In this document: positions 15,319-24,300 of the stretch, one piece after another | Layout of the letters: every line of letters begins with the position of its first letter | How positions within the stretch are numbered: the stretch's first letter is position 1 | Source of the DNA: a virus | Lineage: Duplodnaviria; Caudoviricetes | Direction: 5' to 3' (one strand) | Length of the DNA: 26,787 nucleotides | IMG/VR virus record: IMGVR_UViG_3300048882_000144 | Span: 1 to 26,787 of that record | Notes under the pieces: model-generated | What the model was told of the DNA's origin: nothing | Seen by the model: the letters and a program-made list of their open reading frames with translations, nothing else | Databases searched by the model: none | Made by a program: the position numbers and the translations under genes

Positions 15319-18300
15319 ATGTCGATTAATTTCAATACCGCTCCATACTACGACGACTTTGACGCAAATGACCAGTTCTTAAGGATTCTTTTTAATCCTG
15401 GACGTTCTGTTCAAGCTCGAGAGTTGACGCAAATCCAATCTATTCTTCAGAATCAATTAAGTTCTGGAGCAAATCACATTTGGAAAGACGGAACTGCTAT
15501 TGTTGGTGCCGATATTGGTGTTAATAAAAGACATTATATTCAATTAGCAACAGCAGACGCATCGTGGTTAGGTCGTGTTGTATGGGGAGCAACTTCTGGT
15601 GCTATTGCCAAGATTGTGCAACTACACGACGACGAAACTCAGCCTGTATATTACATCAAACCGTTATCTAACGAGTTTGTAGTTGGTGAGTCTATTGAAA
15701 CATACGATACTCATTGTGATACGACATTACCTAACGTGACGTTGATTAATGGTGTATGTAGTAATAATAGTTGGTATAACGGTTCAATGACCGTTATAAG
15801 AAGTGTTGCTCTCGGTAATGCTGGTGTGGTGTCTGCAATAGGCAAAGGGTTAGAGGCAACTATCGGAAACGGTATTTTATATGTCGGAAATCATTTCGTT
15901 CCTGTGGTATCTCAAACTATTTTCTTAGATTATACTAGCGACATTCCGACAGTTAATGTCGGACTTGATATCGAAGAAACTATTATTGAGGCAACATCGG
16001 ATCCTAGACTACTTGACCCTGCTTCTGGTTTTTATAACCAAAATGCTCCAGGTGCGGATAGATATTCAATCAACCTAAAACTAATTAAAGAAACGGACTC
16101 TGTAGACGGAACAAATTTCTTACCTATGGTGATTATTGAAAATGGAGTTGTTAATAAACCAGTTTCTCGTACATCGTACACATCACTTGTTGATGAGTTA
16201 GCAAGAAGAACTTACGATGAGTCTGGTGATTACACAACTAAAAACTTCCCAATCGAAATCATTGAAGATGAAAACGATAATGCGAATTATAAAGTTAAAA
16301 TTGAATCAGGTAAGGCATATGTTAGAGGTTATGAAAACGAATTAACTTCTACTGTAGAACTAACAGCACCTAAAGGAAGAACAACAAGACATATCGTTTC
16401 GGATAATATCAATACGGAGTTTGGCCCTTATTTAGAAATAAATTCGTTGGACGATGTTACTGGAGTTTTTGATGTATTTAAGAAAGAAAAAGTTAATTTC
16501 ATCACAAACGCATTATATACTGGTGGACAAGTATTAGAGAAGATCGACTTAACTAAACGAATCACTCACTTTACAAAATACGGAGATTCTTTTAGAGTTT
16601 ATTTGGACACAGAAGAAGGTTTGGACATCATTGCTCCGGCAACTTATGTTGTTTCAGAATCAAACCCTGCTGTTTATGCTAAACTTTATAGACCTACTGG
16701 TTCGACTGTTAAGAAAGGTGTATTTAAACCTTGGTTGTATGAAACTGCAAGATTGACATCAACGTTGACTGCTGGTCAAATTCACTATAGCACACAAAAG
16801 AATTATAGTGTTGTTAATACTGGTGGAACAAATATGACGATTCCTTCGGCGTATCCTTCTATGCATTGGCAAACTGTTCTTTATATATACAACTCAGATA
16901 TCGGTGCGAATATTCCAGAAAAAGGAACAGACTCAACAGCAGCCGTTGTATGGTACGCAGATACTACTGGTAATGAAAACGTAGTTATCTATTTTGAAGA
17001 TCAAGCAGGATCTCCTAGCAACATATACCAAAACGACAACCTACAAATTATGGCAAACATGTGGATATCAAATTCCACATGGAAGTCTATCACACATACT
17101 ACTAAATCAAACGTAGACGTTGTATTAGATACAACTATTGCGGCTGGCAATACTCTTGCAAACAATAAACTAGTTTTAGAGCCTGGTGTTAGTAAAATTA
17201 TTTATATTACGGATCCGGGAGCAAACGACGTTACTGATGACTTTTGGTTCTTTGAAGGTGACTTTGATACAGAATATAAAGACGCATATGTACAATGGTC
17301 AAATCCAGATGAAAGTGTAATCCCACAAACAGGCACATACACGGTAACATACGAAGTATTTACATATGGGTCGTCTAATGGTTCTTCATTTACTGCTGTA
17401 AATTCATTCACCGACGGAGCTATTTCGTATGCAGATATTGGGACATACGAAGGGTTTTTAGTTCCTAACTATTACAGACTTTCGGATACATTAGACTTTA
17501 GATGTACTGACGCAAACTTCAACGAAGGAAACTTCTTGCCGTTACCTGGAGGAAATATTACAGTTTCGTACGATTACTATTTACCTCGTGCTGATAGATT
17601 GATTCTAAATACTGATGGTATTTTTGAAATCAAACAAGGGTTCTCTTCAGAAGGAGCAAAACTTCCAAAGGAAAGAGAATCTGAAATGACTCTTTATAAT
17701 TTATATGTACCTCCATATACATATGCAGCTAAGAACATTTCAGTTACACATATTGACAATAAGAATTATAAGATGAGTGATTTACGTGAGTTGGACGAAC
17801 GTATTTCTTCATTAGAATATTACACAGCATTAAACTTATTAGAAAAAGATACTGCTTCTATGCAGGTTATAGATTCCGACGGATTTGAAAGATATAAGAA
17901 TGGTATGCTAATTGACCCATTTGTTGACCACGGTATTGGTGATGTATCTAGTGCCGAATATTTCGTTTCTATTTACCCAGAAGCAGGTATTTGCACTACT
18001 CCTTTCGAAATGAAAGGGTATGACTTTGAAATGGACAGTGGAGTAACAGGTTTAAGAAAGAGTGCTGAAGGTAAGACATGGACATTAGATTTCTCTGTAC
18101 AAGAGGGTTGGTTGTCTCAAAGTTTTGCTTCATCTTTCTTAAACTTAAACCCATTCGCAAGAATGTCATGGACAGGTTTCTTAGAAATTTCCCCATCTTC
18201 TGATACTTGGTTTGAAGACCAATTTAGACCAGACGTAGTTGTACAAAATGAAAACAATAACGCGGTGTTAGCACAGGTTGAAGCATTTGGTACCCAAACT

Positions 18301-20886
18301 CGTTGGGGTGCTTGGGCAACTACTTGGACTGGTTGGAACGATGTTGGTGCAGCTAAAGATTTCGTGGCAGGTTCTTCTGAAACTAAATTTAGAGGACGCA
18401 CAAGAAATGTACATGGTTGGGAAGGACGTGTAGACGTTACTCAAATGGACGGTACTGTTGCGGCAAATGGACACACCAATATTAGAGGATTCAGTCTTCA
18501 GGAAATTTGGAATCAAGGTTGGATGGCAACTAACACTTGGATTGGTGGAACAAGAGATGTTGCTCCTACAAACAGACCTTCTAAGCAATTTGATATGTGG
18601 CAAGATGTTATTAAGAAATCAGACACATGGAAACAAGACCAAACACGAACTTCTACTTCAGTAAGATCTGGAACTCGTACTTACCAAGAAGCAAAAGACA
18701 TCAGAACAACTTTAGATAATAAAGTATTAGATTCTTCTTCTATCGGTTGGATGCGTTCTAAAGATATTACAATAAAGGCTGATAAATTAAGACCTTCTGT
18801 TCAAATGCATTTTGAATTTGATGGTGTAAACGTTGATGCTTATTGTAAACCTTTAGGTGGTGCGCTTGGTGATGCGGTTATGACCGACGAATTAGGTAAA
18901 ATTCGAGATGTGATTTTCACTATTCCGAGTGTTAATGATGGACTTAAATTTAGAACTGGTAAGAAGTTCCTTTCTGTACAAGACGCATTTGATGGTTCTG
19001 TATCTTCTCAAGCATCTGCTAGTTACACATCTGCAGGTACTTTGAACACAAGACAACGAACTGTTATGAGTACGTTAGAAGCAGAGACTAAAGTTGAGGA
19101 TATTTCTGATACTCAAATTGGAACTGCTAATAGAACCACTCAGGTGGGGGGTGATGTAACTACAACTACTACTAAGAAGTCTATTCGTGAATATTACGAT
19201 CCAGTTGCTGAATCATTTATGGTATCTAATATGGACGGTGGTATATTTATTGATTCTATTGATATTTACTTCTATTCTAAAGACAACGAAGGAACTCCTG
19301 TTAGAATCGAGATTCGTGAAATGAGTTCTGGATATCCAGCATGGAGTCCACTGCCACTTGCAACTAAGTTATTATACCCAGCAGACGTTTATACTTCAAG
19401 CAATGGTACGGCAAACACAAGATTTACGTTCGCAGACCCTATCTACTTGATGAATGGAACAGAATATTGCTTCGTTGTTATTTCTGATTCATTAAACTAT
19501 AATATCTGGATTTCAGAATTAGGTGAGCAAGATAAATCTACTGGTGAATATATTAATTCACAACCATTCCTTGGTTCAATGTTTACATCACAGAATAACT
19601 CTACGTGGACACCAGAGCAGACTAAAGACGTTAAGTTCCAATTAAATAAGTGTGTATTTGACACAAATAATACTGGTGTGGCACAATTTAATATGAAAGG
19701 GTTTGATGGTATTCATCAAGCAACTGGGTTTACTCCAAACTTCTCTCCATTATTACTGCAAGGTACTGATGTAGATTATAGTGTTGTTGTAAACTCTGAT
19801 ACTAATAATGTAATAACAGGGGTTACTGACGGAAACGATGAAGTGTTTGATGTTCAAATGACATTTGACGGTTCTCATACTATTGCTTCTGGTTATTCAT
19901 ATACTCCTTTATCAGTTCTTGCTAACGTAACAACAAATAACCCTAACTTGACTCCCGTATTTAATGCTGAACGTTTAAGTGTTATTACTCAAAATAATGT
20001 TGTGTTTGATACTGCAGTAGAAACTCATAACCAAAAGGGTGTGTATGTATCTAAGATGGTACAACTTGCTAACCCTGCAGACGACTTGAAGATGTGGCTG
20101 TCTGTTCAAGAGAAAACTGAAACTTATGTTAAAGTATTCTACGATACAGGTTCTGTTATTCCACGTTATGTTGATATTACAACTAACCCAGATTTCAATT
20201 CACACGGTTATTACACGGTTAATAATTTCGAAGAAGAGTACGCATTTACATACATTAATTCTCCAGAAATTCAAGTTACTTTACATACAGGACCAGTTGC
20301 AAGTAATCCAGGTTATTCTACTTGGAACGGTACTGTTGGTGTATATGAATCTAGCATGTATATTGACGGAGACGACAATGTTGACAATACAACAAGAATG
20401 TACGTTACTGACATTTCGTTCCCACAACAAGTAATTGAAACTTGTTGGGTATCTAAGTATGATTTAGAAGGTGCTCAGAAATTTAACCCTGCTGTTACTT
20501 ATGCTGTTGGTGATATTTGGTTCGGTACTAGTGGTAACGACTTAAATAGAAAATTCTACCGTGCAGTTATTTTACAAGACGGAACGCAAGGTTCAGAAGA
20601 AGTTCCTTTACTACAAGTAACATCAGTAGTAGATGCAGGTCATGTAGACTACCCAATGGCAATTATCGAATCAGACCCTGTTGTGTGGAGAGAAATGAAA
20701 GACTCAGGTTCTTCTAATAACAACTCTGAAATTTCAACAGACATGGAATTTATTGAACATACGTTCGAGCCTCTAAAGAAAATTACAGGAGAGTTTAGTT
20801 CGTTTAGAATTAAGGTTGAATTACATACAACTAACCCAGTTTACTTACCTGCAATCAGAGAGTTGCGTGTACTTGCTGTAACTTAG
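15319..20886 (+). CDS. Large virion structural protein, DUF4815/VrlC-like (1855 aa)
   Basis: N-terminal PYYDDFD....F.RILFNPGRSVQARELTQIQSILQNQ; NAPGADRY; LARRTYDESGDY; GKAYVRGYE; ISSLEYYTALNLLE; DPVAESF; GSMFTSQN.STWTPEQ..D.KF; C-terminal PAIRELRVLA. This family typically follows gp8 in marine T4-like phages. Confidence 0.88.
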   Translation: MSINFNTAPYYDDFDANDQFLRILFNPGRSVQARELTQIQSILQNQLSSGANHIWKDGTAIVGADIGVNKRHYIQLATADASWLGRVVWGATSGAIAKIVQLHDDETQPVYYIKPLSNEFVVGESIETYDTHCDTTLPNVTLINGVCSNNSWYNGSMTVIRSVALGNAGVVSAIGKGLEATIGNGILYVGNHFVPVVSQTIFLDYTSDIPTVNVGLDIEETIIEATSDPRLLDPASGFYNQNAPGADRYSINLKLIKETDSVDGTNFLPMVIIENGVVNKPVSRTSYTSLVDELARRTYDESGDYTTKNFPIEIIEDENDNANYKVKIESGKAYVRGYENELTSTVELTAPKGRTTRHIVSDNINTEFGPYLEINSLDDVTGVFDVFKKEKVNFITNALYTGGQVLEKIDLTKRITHFTKYGDSFRVYLDTEEGLDIIAPATYVVSESNPAVYAKLYRPTGSTVKKGVFKPWLYETARLTSTLTAGQIHYSTQKNYSVVNTGGTNMTIPSAYPSMHWQTVLYIYNSDIGANIPEKGTDSTAAVVWYADTTGNENVVIYFEDQAGSPSNIYQNDNLQIMANMWISNSTWKSITHTTKSNVDVVLDTTIAAGNTLANNKLVLEPGVSKIIYITDPGANDVTDDFWFFEGDFDTEYKDAYVQWSNPDESVIPQTGTYTVTYEVFTYGSSNGSSFTAVNSFTDGAISYADIGTYEGFLVPNYYRLSDTLDFRCTDANFNEGNFLPLPGGNITVSYDYYLPRADRLILNTDGIFEIKQGFSSEGAKLPKERESEMTLYNLYVPPYTYAAKNISVTHIDNKNYKMSDLRELDERISSLEYYTALNLLEKDTASMQVIDSDGFERYKNGMLIDPFVDHGIGDVSSAEYFVSIYPEAGICTTPFEMKGYDFEMDSGVTGLRKSAEGKTWTLDFSVQEGWLSQSFASSFLNLNPFARMSWTGFLEISPSSDTWFEDQFRPDVVVQNENNNAVLAQVEAFGTQTRWGAWATTWTGWNDVGAAKDFVAGSSETKFRGRTRNVHGWEGRVDVTQMDGTVAANGHTNIRGFSLQEIWNQGWMATNTWIGGTRDVAPTNRPSKQFDMWQDVIKKSDTWKQDQTRTSTSVRSGTRTYQEAKDIRTTLDNKVLDSSSIGWMRSKDITIKADKLRPSVQMHFEFDGVNVDAYCKPLGGALGDAVMTDELGKIRDVIFTIPSVNDGLKFRTGKKFLSVQDAFDGSVSSQASASYTSAGTLNTRQRTVMSTLEAETKVEDISDTQIGTANRTTQVGGDVTTTTTKKSIREYYDPVAESFMVSNMDGGIFIDSIDIYFYSKDNEGTPVRIEIREMSSGYPAWSPLPLATKLLYPADVYTSSNGTANTRFTFADPIYLMNGTEYCFVVISDSLNYNIWISELGEQDKSTGEYINSQPFLGSMFTSQNNSTWTPEQTKDVKFQLNKCVFDTNNTGVAQFNMKGFDGIHQATGFTPNFSPLLLQGTDVDYSVVVNSDTNNVITGVTDGNDEVFDVQMTFDGSHTIASGYSYTPLSVLANVTTNNPNLTPVFNAERLSVITQNNVVFDTAVETHNQKGVYVSKMVQLANPADDLKMWLSVQEKTETYVKVFYDTGSVIPRYVDITTNPDFNSHGYYTVNNFEEEYAFTYINSPEIQVTLHTGPVASNPGYSTWNGTVGVYESSMYIDGDDNVDNTTRMYVTDISFPQQVIETCWVSKYDLEGAQKFNPAVTYAVGDIWFGTSGNDLNRKFYRAVILQDGTQGSEEVPLLQVTSVVDAGHVDYPMAIIESDPVVWREMKDSGSSNNNSEISTDMEFIEHTFEPLKKITGEFSSFRIKVELHTTNPVYLPAIRELRVLAVT

Positions 20887-20897
20887 GAGAATAGAAT

Positions 20898-21107
20898 ATG
20901 GAAGACTTAAATTATACTAAAGACCCGATTACGGGTGCTGTTATTTTTAACAATACCGATGGATATAATGCTCGAAAGAAAGTTATCGCCGGGCAAAAAC
21001 TTAGAAATCTACAAGAACAAAGTAATAAGAAAGTTATAAATAGTATGAGAAGTGAGATAAATATACTAACATCACTAGTCGAATCGTTATTAAATAAGGA
21101 GAATTAA
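20898..21107 (+). CDS. Small hypothetical protein (69 aa) with C-terminal coiled coil
   Basis: AGGAG RBS. The KDPITGAVIFNN motif and heptad-like tail INSMRSEINILTSLVESLL resemble the small gene that commonly follows the VrlC-like gene in T4-like phages. Confidence 0.75.
   Translation: MEDLNYTKDPITGAVIFNNTDGYNARKKVIAGQKLRNLQEQSNKKVINSMRSEINILTSLVESLLNKEN
21035..21042 (+). promoter_or_regulatory. T4-type late promoter TATAAATA inside the 69-aa ORF
   Basis: Exact consensus about 70 nt upstream of the 64-aa ORF, positioned to drive it and the giant downstream ORF. Confidence 0.65.
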
Positions 21108-21108
21108 T

Positions 21109-21303
21109 ATGGCAACGCAATCTACAGCCAGAGAAATACCTTATGTAAGAAAGGACGATACATTTAAAACTTGGAGAGAAAGAACTAACCAAATGATTCA
21201 ACAGCAGAACAACATTGTTCGACTGTATGAATTTGAAATGTTAGGTATTTCAGACCCATACGTCATTGCGTCATTACAAATGGCATTCTTTGAAGAAGAA
21301 TAA
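21109..21303 (+). CDS. Small structural/adaptor-like protein (64 aa)
   Basis: AAGGAG RBS. Contains V...DTFKTWRERTN, a motif I recognise from N-termini of fibre-type virion proteins of T4-like phages. Confidence 0.75.
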   Translation: MATQSTAREIPYVRKDDTFKTWRERTNQMIQQQNNIVRLYEFEMLGISDPYVIASLQMAFFEEE

Positions 21304-21317
21304 TACAGGAATTATAA

Positions 21318-24300
21318 ATGTCACATTATACAAACTCATCGTTTACGTTAGACGAATTATTAAGAATCGACCAGCAAAAGGAAGACTTTTTAGATTCATT
21401 ATCAATTAAACTTTCAGATCCAGCATTGGGTATCAAAGACTTGGCATTGATGCTGAAGTCTTTAGAGATTATGGATAATATGGAGCATTTAACCGCTTAC
21501 CGTCAATTCATCATCAACCTTGCAGACAAGTCTGCTGACTTTACTACTCCTAACGAATTAGTAAACAATGGTGATATTGCGATTGAATATAATACAAGCA
21601 ATATTGTACAAAACCCTAATTTTGATTCAGACGCATTAGAAGTTGAGATTGCTAAATCTTCAAACTTTGAAGTAGGTACTGACATTGCTATGCCTTGGGC
21701 AAACGGTGTTACTTATAAATTCGACACATTAATCGCAGAAGGCACTAATATTATTTCAGGTATTTCTGATGGTAATGGTGCGTCGACGATTTGGTTTAAT
21801 TCTACATTAAAACCTAATACTCAATACAAACTATCATACGATTTAGTTATTAATGATGTTGGTTGGGATTTACCCAACGGTGCTAAGAATATGGTGGATG
21901 TCCTTTCTGTGGATACAACAGTATTCTCAGAATCTGGTGGTGGACCAGAACCAGTAACATACGTAGTATCTATCATAGAAGATGCAACGTTATCACTACC
22001 TACTTGTGATGGAACTATTGTACCATTCGACACATCAATTGCAGATTACAATAATGCATTTCCTGCTATGGAACTTGCTTGTACTTCTGGTGGTGGTGTT
22101 TGGAACGCAGGTAATGTAAACGATCCTACCACACAGACTCACCTTATTATTCCTTACAATGTTACGGCACGTGAAGGTGATACTTTAATATTTACAAACC
22201 CACCAACTAATTACCTATTACATAACGCAGTATCGGATGATAATATATCTTTCCAATCTCCGGATATGAAACCAGGCGAGACTTGGTCGTGGGTTGTTGA
22301 CGGTTATCACGATATTTATTTCCATTGTACATTCCATCCATTAGAGGAAGGAAGATTACTTACTAAAACTAATCATAGATACGTTTACAATGTCGACCAT
22401 GGGTTGAATAAAGGCGATACTGTTAAAATGCCAGTAAATTATGGTACTATGGAAGCATTAAATAGCACTTCTACTTCTTATTTTATTAGTTTAGAAATGA
22501 CAAACCCATGTACTTCTATTGGTGGTGTTGGTTCTCAGACGAATGTAGATTCATTATATCACAACTTATCAATCAATGATGTGGTTTCTTTCCAATCTGG
22601 TGCAGAAAACGTTACAGATACGTCAAGTCCAGTATCTGTCACCTTTTCTGGTGGTAACGCAACAACTGAAGCCCAATCTTCTGTTGCTATTCAAAATGGT
22701 ATTGTTACTTCAATTTCACTTAATGATAACGGTTCTTGTTCTAATGTAGCATACGACAACGAAAGTGATTGTGTCGGTGCGGCAGAAACATGGACGGCTG
22801 TGCTAGCCGGTGGACTAGGTTACGATTCAGCACCTTTAGTGTTCATCGCGGGTGGTGGTGGAGCTGGTGCAACCGCAACGGCAACATATGACGGTAAAAT
22901 AGCGACAACTTTTTCTACAAACTACGGCGGTGCTGGATATACATCTCAACCTACTGTACAATTTACAGGTGGCACACCTACTACCCCTGCTACAGCTACT
23001 GCGGATTTTGATGCAGCTACTGGGCAAATCACAGGTATTACTGTCACGGATCCTGGTGTTGGATATCAATCGGCACCAATAATTGACCTTCTTGGAGGAG
23101 CTCCTACAACAGCAGCTTTGTTTGAATGTACTATTTCTGGCTCCCTAACTGCGGTGACTTTAACCGCAGGTGGTTCTGGTTATGGTTCTGATGGTTCATT
23201 AATCTTCGGAGAAAAGCAATGGGAAACTTTTGCCGTATCTGCCGTTGTTAAAGGTCAAGAGCAAATTGATATATTCTTAAATGATGTCAATCAAATGGGT
23301 CATGTGCATACAGTAACAATGACTACTGCAGAATTTGCTAATGTGCAAACAGGCAATAATGAAATTATTACAACAAACGATAATGGCGAAGGTCATACAC
23401 ATGATTGTACGTTTACTTGGGACTTAACTCTTAATGGTGGACTTGGTGGCATATGGTTAGTGGGAATGACTGGCAACCACACACATGGACTAGATTCATA
23501 TTTAGAAGTTACGGGTGGAACTAAAATTGAACTTGTAAACTTCGGTCATTATCACGAGATTCTGATCACAGAAGCAGAAGAAGCAACCCTTAAAGCAGGA
23601 CTGTTAATTGTTACTGGCGAAAACCCTGACGGAACAACTGCTCACGATGGAACTGGTGTTGTTATGACTAAAACGTCAGACTTCGGTACTTCAGATCCTC
23701 AGCATTTCCATACGGTTGAATTTGGTTGCGTAGATCCAGTAAATGATATTTATGCGATTACTGTAATTGACCAACATATCCATGACTTTGGTCGTGTTTG
23801 GTATCCTGGATCGTTTAGTTTCTCTATTGCACAATACGACGAAGGTGGGTCCGGAGATGGATCAAACCCAGTGGATATAGCAATTCCATTTACAGACATT
23901 CCTGGGTTCGTAAAGAAAGAAAAAGGTATTTATTCTATCGGTCATGGCCTGGTACAAGGGCAAAGAATGCACTTCACCAATATTTATGACGGAATTCATC
24001 ATGGTAATACAAACTACTGGGTAGAAGCCGTAATTGATGCGGATAATATAACTACAACAGAAACTATAATTTATCCTCTAGTAAACTCAGAAGGAACAAC
24101 ACCAACCGAACACAACGTTATTGAACAATATACAGTTGTCGCAGACTTAGCATCTTACAGATTCCAAGTTGAACGCGATATTACAAATCATATCGGTGAT
24201 ATGATTCAAGGAACTGGTGTTCAAATTGAATGGTCTAGACCAAATACAATTAATTCAGATTTACATGGATTAGTTGTTGGTGATGTTGTACAGTTACCTT

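Noticed and set aside
18301-18700. Trp/Arg/Thr-rich stretch in the DUF4815-like protein as a novel insertion
   Set aside because: A W..W...W.G segment followed by a variable Thr/Arg-rich region is, as I recall, a normal part of this family; nothing here distinguishes it.
21313-21320. TATAAATG near-match to the late promoter
   Set aside because: It has a mismatch at the last position and overlaps the start codon, so it could not transcribe this gene's RBS.
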